From Prorocentrum cordatum (lineage: Eukaryota), in NCBI GenBank assembly GCA_963575745.1, contig CAUYUJ010000087.1:1-64000 (forward strand): a stretch of 64,000 nucleotides of DNA, given 5' to 3'. Under the pieces are notes generated by a model that did no database searches, had not been told where the DNA came from, and worked only from the letters and a program-made list of their open reading frames with translations. This document shows positions 11,491 to 23,024 of this stretch, piece after piece (the first letter of the stretch is position 1; the number at the start of each line of letters is the position of its first letter). The translations under genes and the position numbers were made by a program.

Positions 11491-12129
11491 CACCCTCGTA
11501 GATAGCAAGCCGTCTAGCACATCCCCCACCCGCCCTCCCAACACATGAGTATCACCTGAGTCTGTTTGGATGGACACGTATTGAAAACCAAAAACGAGCC
11601 CATATGCGCGACGTTGGGGCGAGGTGCGCCACGCGAGCCAGGCGCGCCACGCGCGCCAGGCACCTTTGGGGCCCGAGCGTGCCAGGCACGCCTGGTGCGC
11701 CAGATGCGCCACGTCTCTCCGCGTGTGCCAGGCGTGCCGCATACTCCAGCCGCTCCAGGAGCGCCACGTTCGGGGCACGTGCAGTGTGCGTCAAGTGCGC
11801 CTGCGCACGTGACAGCACGCATCGGGAAGCATGTCGGCCCCCACCATCCATTTGAAACGAATGCCCATCATTGTGCTTGGTAGGCCTGCGCACAGCAGGC
11901 CATGCGCCACCACTTGTCTATGATCGCGGGTTGGCCGCGCACGATCCAGATTTAGCCGCGAGGTGCATGTTGAATCGCTTCGCGCATTCCGCATGCCCAT
12001 ATTGCCTCGTCGCTGTCGTTTGTCGGGGTGTTGTTGTTGTCAATGCGGGGACATTGGGCGGCTGCCATTTTTCGGAGGCGGTGGGTGGCGGGTCAGAGGC
12101 CTCACGGATGTTGGTTGGGTTCTCGCGGT

Positions 12130-12890
12130 TGGCTTCTCAAGGACTTTTGGGAGACAGTTTTGAGGCCTCTTGGGGGCCGTGTTGCGGCCTCTTGGGGCCT
12201 CTTGGGGGCCATTTGGGGCTTCTTGGGGTGCCTCTTGGGGGCCCCTTGTGGCCTCTTGGGGGCCTCTTGGTGCCTCCAGGGGGCCTCTTGGGGCTGAAGG
12301 ATGGACTTTGCGGTTTCTGGTCACCTTCTTGGGCCCCTCTTGGGGCCGTTTGGGGGTTCCCTTGGGCCGACTTGGGCGCCTCTCGGGCTGTCTTGGGGCC
12401 ATCTTGGGGCGTCTTGGGGCTGTCTTGGGGTCCTCTTGCACCCTCTTGGGGCCATCTGCGGAGCCTCTTGGGCTATCTTGGAGCGTCGGGAAGCCGAAAA
12501 AGGAGAAACCCCAAGATGTTTTCAAAATTTTAGGGGAAATTAATGAATTTTGCCTCTTGGGGCCCTCTTGGGAGTGCTTTTGTAGGCCTCTGGGCGCGTC
12601 TGGAGGCCATGGTGGGCGTCTTCGAGCAATCTTGAGGCATCATCGGCCGATCTTTCGAGGACTCCGAGGGCTCTTGGACCGTCTGGGCGCTCTCTTGAGG
12701 CCGTCTTGGGCGCCTCTTGGGCTGTCTGGGTGGCCTCCGGCATCTCTGGCAGGCATTTGCCGGGACTTTTGCGGGGTATTTTTCGCGTCGGAGCCCCCAG
12801 GGGCCGCCTCACGCGCGCGAACTTGTTATAGCGTTAATTTGTTACCGGAGATTTTAGCACGCCTCTGGCCCATAGGGCCGGCAAACTGTT
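12130..12890 (+). repeat. Family D repeat with 3' stem-loop
   Basis: CCTCTTGGGG units, GAGCGTCGGGAAGCCGAAAA block, terminal GCC-TCT-GGCCC-ATA-GGGCC-GGC. Confidence 0.8.
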
Positions 12891-13639
12891 TTTGTGTCAA
12901 GGAGAGTAGCCCAGCGCGCAGCAGGCAATATGCTGACACTCCCGCCGTCCCTGGCCAAAAATAAGACAAAGTGCTCGCGGGCCTCACGAACATGTCTTCA
13001 GATGTTGCCCCAAAGTGTACTTCGTATTGTTTTTGACAGGGATGATGGGGGGGGCCCTCATGGGGTCTTCATTGTTCCTGGTTCGCTGCCGGTCACCTGG
13101 GGGAGGGGGTGTGTACGAATTGGGAACAATGATAAACCTTTCTTCGTAGGGAAAGAGGTTGGAAGAATTAATGTTCGAAACCACTTGCGCCAAAGAGCTG
13201 GTGGGACTTCCCAAACCCTTCCTCAGTCGTCCTCCTTCCCCTTCTCCTCCTGGTCCTCCTCCGTGCTCCTTCCTCTTCCCGCCGTCACTTCCCCCTTGGA
13301 CGAATATCGCTGTCCCTATTTCGGCTGCCATTAGGATCCATGCCTGTTCACGCTACTGTGACAGCAACACCACCTGGACGTCCGAGGAGTCAGCCACATT
13401 CGACGAGGTGCCGCATCAGGGGGGGAGGGAGGACGAGAAGGAGGATGTGGTTGAGGCACACCTGCTTCAGGTTCGTTGCGTCTCGTGGCTGGTGCTGCTA
13501 GATGTCGCAGGACTTAGTATTTCAGATGGCTTGAGCCTCACTGGGCTCTGGGCGTTTCGCGGCTTGGAAAGACCCCAACGGTTCTAAGTGGTTTCCGGAG
13601 GCTTCCAGCAGGAGGAGAGAGTTGGTGGAAGAGGAGGAG

Positions 13640-14930
13640 GATGTGTTTCCGATGCCGCCATGTTGAAAACGTTGTGTCGTGTTTACCGTGCTTTCGATGG
13701 AGCGGAAGCGTTTTAGTGTGTGTCCGATGCCCCTTGTCAGAAGCGAATTGATGTTTACTTTGCGTCAAAAGCCGCCCTATTGGAAACGCAGGATGGCGCA
13801 ACATCGGAGCCCATGCGTTTCCCCAGTGATTCAGACGCCGCCCGATCGGGAACAGTGTGGTTGTTTATTATGCCTCCAATAGTGCCATATTATCGGAGAC
13901 GCGATGCTGTCTGCTCTTGTGAGATCCCGACAGGGCAATGTCGGAGACGTCGTGTCGTTCCTTTGGGATAGTGCCTTGTCGGGAACGCTATGTGTTGATT
14001 GCGTATCCGATGATGCAGTGTTGGATGCGATGTATTAGTTGTGCGGTTCCGATGGCGCCCTATTGGAAACGCTGTCCGCTCTCTGTGTTTCCGATTGCGC
14101 CCTGTATCGCGTGTCCGATGACCCCCAGTCGGAAACGCAACTTGTTTCATTGCGTGCCCGATGGCGACCGATAGGAATTCATAGGAAGCACTATGGATTG
14201 AATAGGTGTCCGATGTCGCCCTATCGGGAGCGCGATGTGCTCTGTTGTTGTGGGATCCAGTGGCACCCTATCGGGGACGCCGTGCGTTATGTCCAGATTG
14301 GTCACCCATCAGAAACACAGTGTTTGATGTTGCTTCCGATGGCGCAATATTGAAAATGAATGTGATACCTCTGATTCCGATGGCGCCCTAGAGGATACAC
14401 TGTGTGGTTGACCTGCTTCCGATTAGGTCACATCGGAAACAGTGGGTGGTCGTTTGATTCATATGGCCCCTTGCCCGAACCAATTTCGCAGTGTATTTCC
14501 GATAGTGGTTTTGGGAAGCGCAATGCTTAGATTGTCCATTCTGGTGTAGCAACATCGTGACCGTAGTGTTTTATTGGTTTTCCATTGGCCCCTAGTCGGA
14601 AGTACGGTTGTGTGATTGCGTCTCCGATGGCACGATCTAGAAAAACGAGTTGGTTTGACAATGTGTCCGATGTTGCTTACCTGGAACGATGAGTTCGTTT
14701 GCGAGATCACAATGGCGCACCATCGGGCGCCCCCTTTTTTTTGTCTCGGAGCGTGTCCTATCGGAAACAGTGTGTGTTTGCTTGTGTCCCCAACCGCGCA
14801 CGATTGGAAACGCAGTGTTTCCATTATGCTTCCAATGGCGCCACATGGGAGATGCAATGTTCTCGTTGTGCTGCCGATGGCGCCCATTTGGAAATGATGG
14901 TGCTTATCATGTGTCCGACGGGGCCGTGCT
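13640..14930. repeat. Degenerate ~40-bp hairpin satellite (family E)
   Basis: Consensus TTCCGATGGCGCCCTATCGGAAAC (self-complementary ends) separated by TG-rich linkers. Confidence 0.8.
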
Positions 14931-15318
14931 GGGGACGCTGTTGTTTGGTAGTGGTGCCATGGGCCCTGTTCCGAGATTTTTTGTGTGGAGCTCCCAGGTT
15001 GGCCGAGATGGTGCCCAAGAGTGATGCGCGTGCCGTGTTTTACAAAAGACATGGGTGTTCGCTGTTGTTTGCGCGCTTTGCTTCCGAAACGTTTTTGCTC
15101 CCATGTTGAAATGAGCATTGCCTCCGCGACCTTCATTCCTCCTCCTTCCCGCCCCCCTCCTCGTCATGCCTGGCTTGCAGCGGCGTCCAAATGGATACCG
15201 CTGTGCCGCGGCCAGGAGTGGGGATTTCTTCGCAGCCACACCCAGGGCGTGCTGCCGCCGAAGTCTGGTCCGCGAGGACCCACAGTTTTGCGCCCGCGAG
15301 GGCTCTCTCCAGCAGTGC

Positions 15319-16731
15319 ATGGCGGCCGATGAGGAGCGGCGCAGGGCGGGTCGCGCTGGTGGCGGCCATCGTGGCCCTGGTGCTGCTGACGGCCGGAGGC
15401 GCCGCGACAAGGGCAAGGAGCAGCCTCCAGCCGAGGACCTGCGCTCGGCCTCCCGCAGCACGAACGAGCGTGCCCCTGCGCGCCGTCGGGCTCGGCGGGG
15501 CCACCCGCGCTCCGACGGCGAGGCGGATGCCTCGGGCTCGCAGGCCAGTGATCGAGAGCGCCCTGGACTTGGAGGACTCGATCGCGCCGCCCTGGACGAG
15601 CTCGTGGCTGCCCTCGAGGCGGCGGCCACCTTCCCCTCGCAGGAGCGCCAGGCCATGCAAGTGGAACAAGCGCCCGCTGACACCCAGCAAGATGGACCTC
15701 AACATGCTCCTCATGACCCGTGGCAACGACCTGGCGGGGACCCTTGGCATGATCGCGCCGCCCCCGCTGCTGGACACACTGAACCACCTGCGGCTGGCAC
15801 TCCTGTCGGTGGGATGGCCACTCCTGTGGACGCTGGCGGCATGGACATGCAGGCCATGCTGCAGAGCTGCATTCGCCAGGCCACCGACGCCATCGCCGCG
15901 ACCTCCATGGCCCAGGTCACCTCCTGCCAGACGCAGCTGGTGCGCATGTTCCAGACCCAGCAGGAGGCAGTCAACAGGTCCCTCGCCGTGCAGACGCGCG
16001 ACATCGCCTCCATCGGCCAGCGCGCCGACGCGCTGGAGGCGGAGCAGGCCGCCATGCGCAAGCAGATCGGGGACATCAACAAGGCCCTGGCCCTCGCCGA
16101 GAAGGAGTTGCCCATCATGGACTTTCAGGAGCTGGAGGCGTGGTCTCGTCAACCCAACCCGCGGATCTTCTCGATTGGGGCGCCGCAGCTGGTCGGACCC
16201 GCCCAAGCTCTTCAAGGTTTGGAGGAGTGGATTCGCGCGGCTGGCCTCACTCACGACATGGTCCGCATCGACCCTGCGGTCCCCTCCAAGCGCTTCAACG
16301 TCTTGGTACAGGGCGGCGACGGTGTCGCTCTCCCTCGGGCCCAAGCACTCGCAAGGCATCTACGTGACCCAGCTGGCAGGAATGGGTGGCGCTCCTTCAA
16401 CGCGCAGAGCGTCGGCGGAGGCGTCGTCCCGCTGTACATCTCGCCTGGCAAGTCACCGCAGCAAGTACGGATGGAGATCCAATCGAGGAAGCTCTCGGTT
16501 TTGCTGGCAGAAGCTCTTCCTGATCAGTCTTTCAGTGCTCAGCGGGCCCGTGGCATCGTCACCTCTCAGGGCGTCAAGGTTGCCAAGCTCGAGATGGGAG
16601 AATCCCGCTTCACCGACACTATCATCAGGTGGAACCCAGACATGGTCGCCAGGCTGCACATCGACAGGGAGTCCATCAACACGCAGTTCAAGAAGGCCTT
16701 CTCCACGGAGGACAACACCGAGTGGATTTAG
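15319..16731 (+). CDS. LINE ORF1 (disordered N-terminus, coiled coil, globular C-terminus)
   Basis: Open frame 15118-16731 with a heptad-like segment IGQRADALEAEQAAMRKQIGDINKAL, directly upstream of the endonuclease; start codon uncertain. Confidence 0.75.
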   Translation: MAADEERRRAGRAGGGHRGPGAADGRRRRDKGKEQPPAEDLRSASRSTNERAPARRRARRGHPRSDGEADASGSQASDRERPGLGGLDRAALDELVAALEAAATFPSQERQAMQVEQAPADTQQDGPQHAPHDPWQRPGGDPWHDRAAPAAGHTEPPAAGTPVGGMATPVDAGGMDMQAMLQSCIRQATDAIAATSMAQVTSCQTQLVRMFQTQQEAVNRSLAVQTRDIASIGQRADALEAEQAAMRKQIGDINKALALAEKELPIMDFQELEAWSRQPNPRIFSIGAPQLVGPAQALQGLEEWIRAAGLTHDMVRIDPAVPSKRFNVLVQGGDGVALPRAQALARHLRDPAGRNGWRSFNAQSVGGGVVPLYISPGKSPQQVRMEIQSRKLSVLLAEALPDQSFSAQRARGIVTSQGVKVAKLEMGESRFTDTIIRWNPDMVARLHIDRESINTQFKKAFSTEDNTEWI

Positions 16732-16779
16732 CAGCCCACTGTGGGCGCCATGGCGTCCTCCTGGTGCACGGCATGGCTT

Positions 16780-19700
16780 CCGTGGACTTCACCTGGTCGT
16801 GTGGAATGCCCGTGGCCTGCTCCGCTCGGACGCGAGGCTGCGCAGACGCAAGTTGGCACTGCTCGTCACATACATGAAGGTCAACGCCATCATCGCCGTG
16901 CAGGAGGTCCACGGCTCCGAGGACGCCCTCAGGATTTTTCTCCAGTCGCAGCCGCAGAAGTACTTGAGCTTCCTTTCGCCCGGCCCTTCCGCCGCCGTGG
17001 GCGGAGTCGCCTTTCTCGCCCCACGATGCGTCGACGAAAGTCCAAGGGCGGATGGACCCAGAGCCGAATCTCTGGGAGTCGGGGGCGAGGCGAGGCGTGT
17101 AAGTCCTCCTGAGCGCTTCTCGCCCCCTTCTGCATCCTTACTGACTCAAGACACCTGGTCAAGTTCGCGAACCTCCTCTTCTCCTACGACAGCAAGTTGC
17201 TCCGACACCTGGTCAAGTACACGACGTTCTCCCACGACATCCACGTCACTACCGAACAACACCTGGTCAAGTTCACGAAACTCCACACCTGCTCTGCCGA
17301 CCTATCGCTTCGACATTGGCGGCCGGCCGCGCGGCGCTCCTCACGATCACCGACTGCACGGGCAAGTACAGCATGCAGATCTTCAACATTCACAACTACG
17401 ACCTCAAGCCGCACGAGTTCTCTGCAGTACAGCGCACCTGGTCCAGTGGCCTGGCGCGGGCGCGTCGCGACTCGTTACACCGCATCTTCCTGGGAGTCGG
17501 TGACTTCAACATAGCTGCCCGCCCGCCAGTCAGTCAACGAGCACCCACAGACACCACTGCTTGGCGCCTCCGACCTGATCACCGTTGCCAACTTCGGCAA
17601 CCTGCGTGGCGCCGTCTATTCGCTGCAGCTATGGAGGTTGAGTCTCAGTGGCCGACCCACTACGACAAGTCCTGCAAGCAGCTGTCCACGATCGACCGAA
17701 TCTTCTTGGGCATCGACGCGCATGCCATGCTCTCCGTCTCGACGATCCTTACCACTGCGAGGGACGCGATGGAGCTTTCCGAGGAGGGCATCAGCGACCA
17801 CGCGCCCCTCGTCCTGCAGATCACTGCCGCACGCCATGTCCCACGAGACGAGCAGCCAATCCCGACGCACCTCTTCAACCACAGGAAGTACCTTGAGACC
17901 TACACGCTCATGCTGGACCACTGCGCCCTGGCTGGGGAAACGGCGGAAGGCCGTTGGAGAGCAGCGAAGCAGTGCATGAAACTTGCAGCGCGACGCGTTC
18001 GTGATGACCAGCTGCGGACCAATTTCTCCCTACACGTCAAGGACTCCATGGCTGAGACCTCGTACATGGGCTTCAAGTCGGCGGCGCGTGCAGTCTGGCG
18101 ACAGGACGCTGTCCTGGCAGGTAGGCCCCTCGAGTCCTGCCCTGCGCTGGCCGCCCACCTCCACGTTACCGACGGCACCGTGCACCTTGTGGACCCCCAC
18201 AGCTTCGCCACCAACTTCGACGCCATCGCCGAGCGGGTGCACTCCCTGCGCAGACAGGCGGCGGAGGCAGCAGCTCGGACGGCCAACGTGCGCGACAGCG
18301 CAGCCTGGCGGAGGGTTGAACGCAAGGCCGCCAGGCATGCGCAGCTTTGGGTCCCGTGGCGGCGACGTATGATCCTTTCGGGCTTGCGCGTGGATTCCGC
18401 ACCGCGTGCTGCCAAGGACTCGAAGGTGGCTCAGCACGTGGTCTCTGACCCCGCGGGCATGAAGGCGACTGTGGCGAACTACTGGGGTGAGATCTTCGCG
18501 AAGGTGCCGAATTCTGAACAGCTCAAGGCATTGGACGCCTTCCTGGACAAGCACGCACCAAGGAACCCTGCGGTGGAACTACCTCAACCTGCTCTACATG
18601 ACTTGGAACGTGCGGCCAGAAGGGCCCCGCCGAGTGCTGCGGGACCAGATCAGCTGACGTACGCAGCGTGGCGCCGCAGCCCTGGTGCCTTGCAGCATCT
18701 CCAGGGACTCATGGAAGTCCTCTTCAACGACGGCGTGGCCCCGCTCGACCTCAACTGGTCGATCTTCATCTGCGTGCCGAAGGGCACGGAGGAAGACGAC
18801 GTCCCCGACTCCTGCACGCGCACGGCCTCCACGGTGCGCACCCTCTCTCTGAAGAACTGCGACGCCAAGCTGATAGCGGCCTGCGCAGATCGCGGGCTCC
18901 AGCCCATCGCCACATCATCTACTTCACCCGAGCAGAAAGGCTTCACTGCTGAGCGGCGCTTCGTCGACCACATCCCGTACTTGGACGCGGAATGCCGTCG
19001 GGAGGGCCTTCTTCCTGACGCGGCGACCCGCCGCCCCATGTTCCTGTCCTTCGACTTCCGTCAGGCCTTCCCCTCACTCTTCAGGGAAGTCATCGAGAAG
19101 ATCCTCCCGCGCTTCGGGGTCCCGCTGGGCTTCCGCAACGTGGTCGCGGCGCTCTACAGCAACTGCCTCGCCTTCAGCTCCTTCCGCGCCGAGGGCACCT
19201 GTGCGGAGCTCGAGCCGCTGTTCGCGCTCCTGTGCGGCATCATGCAAGGATGCCCGCTCTCTGGCACGGTCTGGCGCTTGGCCATGGATGCGCCCATCCG
19301 CGCGCTACTGGCTGCGATTGCTGAGCATGGGTTCCTCACGGCTTGCGCCGACGATCTCGGGATGCTGATCAAGAACGCTGTTGCCCTCCCTAGCATCGAC
19401 TACACCTTCGTCTCCATAGAGCTTGCCTTCAACCTGCAGCTGGCGCTGCACAAGTGCGTGCTGGTCCCGCTGTGGGAGGAGCTCTCGGAGGACACACTGC
19501 TGAACGTTAAGTCTTTCCTCGCTAAGGAGGTCCCCCGCTGGCTGGGCTTCCGCGTCGACTCCACGGCCAAGTACCTGGGGACTCACCTGGGTCCAGGCGT
19601 CACGGACTTCGGCATCTGGAAGGCTGCTGCGGGGAAATGGTGGACCCGCTGCTGGGAGCTGGCGCGCACCGGCATGGCCACCAGCCTTGCGGCCCGCGCG

Positions 19701-20762
19701 TACAACATCAACGCGCTTCCGTGCCTGTCGTACCTCGCGCAGTTCTACTTCATCGTGCCGGCCATCTGGAAGGTCGAGTTCACCTCCATGCACCGCCTGC
19801 TGCGGCTGCCGCCCTCGTCCATGCGCAAGGCTGACATCCTGTCGATGAGCGCGTGGTGCGGCTCCCCGTCGCCGATTGGCCTCTTCCCATACACGCTCGC
19901 GGCGATGATGCGCTCGGCGGAGAACACGGTCCGCGGATGGGAAGCCCACCTTCACCACCTTCATGAAGCTGCCGTGGAACATGTCCCACTGATTGACGTG
20001 ATCAAGGGCAACTGGTCGCCGCCGTGGTGGCGGACGCGGAGGGCGATCGTTCAGAACTACGCCATGATCACGGACGCTTACGGCCAGCTGGACATACCCA
20101 GACCGACGCTCGACGTGCTCACGGTCCCGATCCCGAGCAGGTACCTGAAGATCGCGAAGTCGGCGATGACCCTGGAGACGACGACGGCGGCAGCGGCCAC
20201 CCCCACCAGGAAGCCCAAGCGCCAGGCCACGGCCGCCGCTTCGCTCCGTGGCTCGCTGTACCCCGAGGACCTGGTGGCCACCATCCACCGGCGGCTGCGC
20301 AGGTGGGGAGTCGAGTGATCGCTGCCCGAGCTGCGCGAGAGGTGGCCTCCGCTGCGTAGCAAGCTGACGGAGGTCCGCCCTGCTTGGATGTGGTCGTGGA
20401 TCCGCACCGCGGTCAACGGCTGGACGACATCTCGTCGCATGAGCGCCGTCATCGACGCGCGTCATTGCCTCTTCGGCTGCGACGAGGAGGACGCGCTCGA
20501 GCACTACGTCGTCTGCCCGATCCTCAGGGCGATGACTGCGGGCGACGCTGGAGCGGACTCCCTGGGCAACGGCGCCGAGCTCCTCGGCCTCGGCGACGAG
20601 CAGTACCACGCAAAGAGACCCATCACGGATTGCATCTACGCGGTCGGCCTCATGTGCCAGTGCTACCACATCCAGAAGCACCGCATGGACGTGGGCCTGG
20701 ACGCTGGAGCTGACCAACGGGCTGGTGTGAGACTGGCCGCTCTGCACCGCATGCAAGCATAG
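16780..20762 (+). pseudogene. LINE ORF2: APE endonuclease, reverse transcriptase, C-terminal Zn knuckle; one frameshift (~17315) and one stop (20316-20318)
   Basis: APE WNARGL, QEVH, GDFN, IDRIF, SDHAP; RT AGPDQ, QKGF, DFRQAFPS, QGCPLS, CADD, KYLG; CLFGC..EHYVVC in ORF 20388-20762, in frame with 17316-20318. Confidence 0.93.
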
Positions 20763-20833
20763 GCGAGGCTGCAGATCGAACTGCTCGCCGAGCTTCGTGC
20801 CCTCCTCGTCATGCCTCACCGTAATGTGTAATG

Positions 20834-22145
20834 TCCAGGGGTTCGTTGGGGGGGGGCTGCGGAGTGTGAGATTGTCGCCACGTTCACGGGTTGCTGGGAG
20901 GGCCAGCATAATGGTACCGAGCGCAGGCTCAGATTAGACCTAGCCATCTTTGGGGGGGGGCTGCGACAGGCGAAAATGTCGCCCCTTTCGAGGGCTGCTG
21001 GGAGGGCCAGCATAGTGGGTACCAGAGAAGACTCAGATCAGACCATCCCTGGGGGGCTGCGCTCTGCGAAAATGCCACCACTTTCGAGGGTTGATGGGAG
21101 GGCCAGCATACATGGGACCGAGCGCAGATTCTGATTAGACCTCGCCATCCCTGGCTGGGGGCCTGCGCTCTGCAAAACTGTCGCCACTCTTGGGAGCTGC
21201 TGGGAGGGGCAGCATAAGTGGTGCCGAGCGCAGACTCAGTTTTGAACTCGCCTTCCCCAGGGGGGACTGCGCTCTGTGCGCCGCCACTTTCGAGGACTGC
21301 TGAGAGGGCCAGCATAGTGGCTACCAGGCGCAGGCACTGATTAGACCTCGCCTTCCCTGGGGGGACTGCGCTCTGCGAGTCGCCACTTTCGAGGACTGCT
21401 GCGAGGGCCAGAACAGTGGCTACCAGGCGCAGACACCCTTTGATCTCGCCATCCACGGGGGTGGGCTGCGCTCTGCGAAGAAGTTGCCACTTTCGACGGT
21501 TGCTTGAAGGCCATCATAGTCGGAACCGAGCGCAGAGTCAGATTAGACCTCGGCATAGTTGGGAAGTTGCGATCTGCGAAGCAAACGCCATTTTCGAGGG
21601 TTGTTGGAGGGCCAGCGTAGTGGGTACCAAACGCAGACTCAAAGTAGACCTCGCCATCCTTGGGGGGGACTGCGAATTGCGAAACTGTCCCCACTTTGGA
21701 AGGCTGCTGGGAGGGCCAGCATAGTGGTTACCAGGCGCAGACTCAGACTAGACATCGCCATCCTGGGGGGGCTACGCTCTGCAAGCATGTTGCCATGTTC
21801 GGCGGCTGCTGGGAGGGACAGCATAGTGGGCACCGAGCGCAGACTCAAGTTAGATCTCGCACCCCCTCTGGGGGGCTGCGCTCTGCGAAACGATTGCCAC
21901 GTTCGAGGGCTGCTGGGAGGGGCAGCAGAATAGGTTGCGAGCGCAGATTCTGACTAGACCTCGCCATCCCTAGGAGGGGGCTGCGCTCTGCGAAACCGTC
22001 GCCGTTTTCGGCGGCTGCTGGGTGGGGAGGGCCAGGGGAGTGACGCCTTACCGCAGACTCAGATTAGATCTCGTCATCCCTGGGGTGGCTGCATTCCGCG
22101 AATCTGTCGCCACTTTCGAGGGCTGCTGGGTGGCCTAGCACAACG
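20834..22145. repeat. ~100-105-bp satellite (family A), about 13 copies
   Basis: CGCCACTTTCGAGGGCTGCTGGGAGGGCCAGCATAGTGG..GCGCAGACTCAGATTAGACCTCGCCATCC recurring near 20893, 20997, 21094, 21199 etc. Confidence 0.92.
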
Positions 22146-22896
22146 GCGCCGCACCCATGCATGACGGAGCTATCATCGACGCGGGGTTCAAGCAAGGACG
22201 ATAACAACTTGGACAGCCTGTGGTTGCATATCTGTGTGATGCCCTCCAGGGCCACGAAGGCCGACCATCCCGATGATCTGGGACCCGGTCCTGCAGTGCC
22301 TTTTGTCGCGGGCCGCCCGCGGACCTCGCGGCGCGCTTGCGCGCTTTTACCTTCCGCGCTGAAAAAGTCGTGAAGAGGACGGACACTTGGCAGTGCTGCT
22401 CGGCCTCGCGCAGTTCTTGCACTGGTTGTAGCTGATTTGTAGCACGCCTCGATACATCGTCCCTTTCCTTCTTCTGAGCCCTCGCCCTCTTCCCTTTCGA
22501 GCCAGGGACATATCGAAGTTTCTCCATCAAACGGATCGGCGCCTCGCGAGTAGCACAGCTCGCGAGATTCCCCGGCATGGTTCGCAAAAGTTTCAATGTT
22601 TTGCCACGTTGTCATCCCGAATCGAGTATCCCAGTGGCTCGCAGTCCATCCCGCCGCCGCGTTTGGGTTGTAGGCGAAAATCTCGTGAGAGAATTCCTTA
22701 TGTTTGTGGTGGCATACTGGGCTGTCGTCTTGAAGCCCTCTAGGACGGTCGTCGGCATCTCTTGTGGGTTCCTTGGGCCGTGTGGAGGCGATCTAAAGGG
22801 GCATTTGGGTGGTCGTGGACACGGTGACGACCAAAAGAAGAACGTCTTGTTAACTATGTACGCTTTCTTTTAGGATGGTCAATGAGTTCGGCGTTC

Positions 22897-22950
22897 CCCA
22901 ACCATCCTGTGGCGCCGGGTCCTCGTTTTGAATCGACACCGTCCCGCGTC
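22897..22950. repeat. Short interspersed repeat, second copy at about 29640-29695
   Basis: CCCAACC.TC.TG.G..GGGTCCTCGTTTTGAATCGA in both places. Confidence 0.7.
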
Positions 22951-23024
22951 TCCCCCTCTCCTTGTTCATCCTTCATCCTTTCTCCTCCCATTTCCTGCCG
23001 CCCCCCATCCGTGCCTATGCCCTC

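Larger units (their letters stand above)
15118..20833 (+). mobile_element. Near full-length APE-type LINE (non-LTR retrotransposon)
   Basis: ORF1, then APE-RT-CCHC ORF2, ~70-bp 3' UTR ending GTAATGTGTAATGT; 5' boundary approximate, no TSD recognised. Confidence 0.92.

Noticed and set aside
13334..13455. Possible host exon (TAG|G..GAG|GC)
   Set aside because: Two frames are open and there is no motif, so it cannot be assigned
13640..14930. CRISPR array
   Set aside because: Repeats are highly degenerate, linkers are short and similar to each other, there are no cas genes, and the context is eukaryotic
17151..17280. Mini CRISPR array
   Set aside because: Only three 20-bp non-palindromic repeats, in frame within a LINE endonuclease
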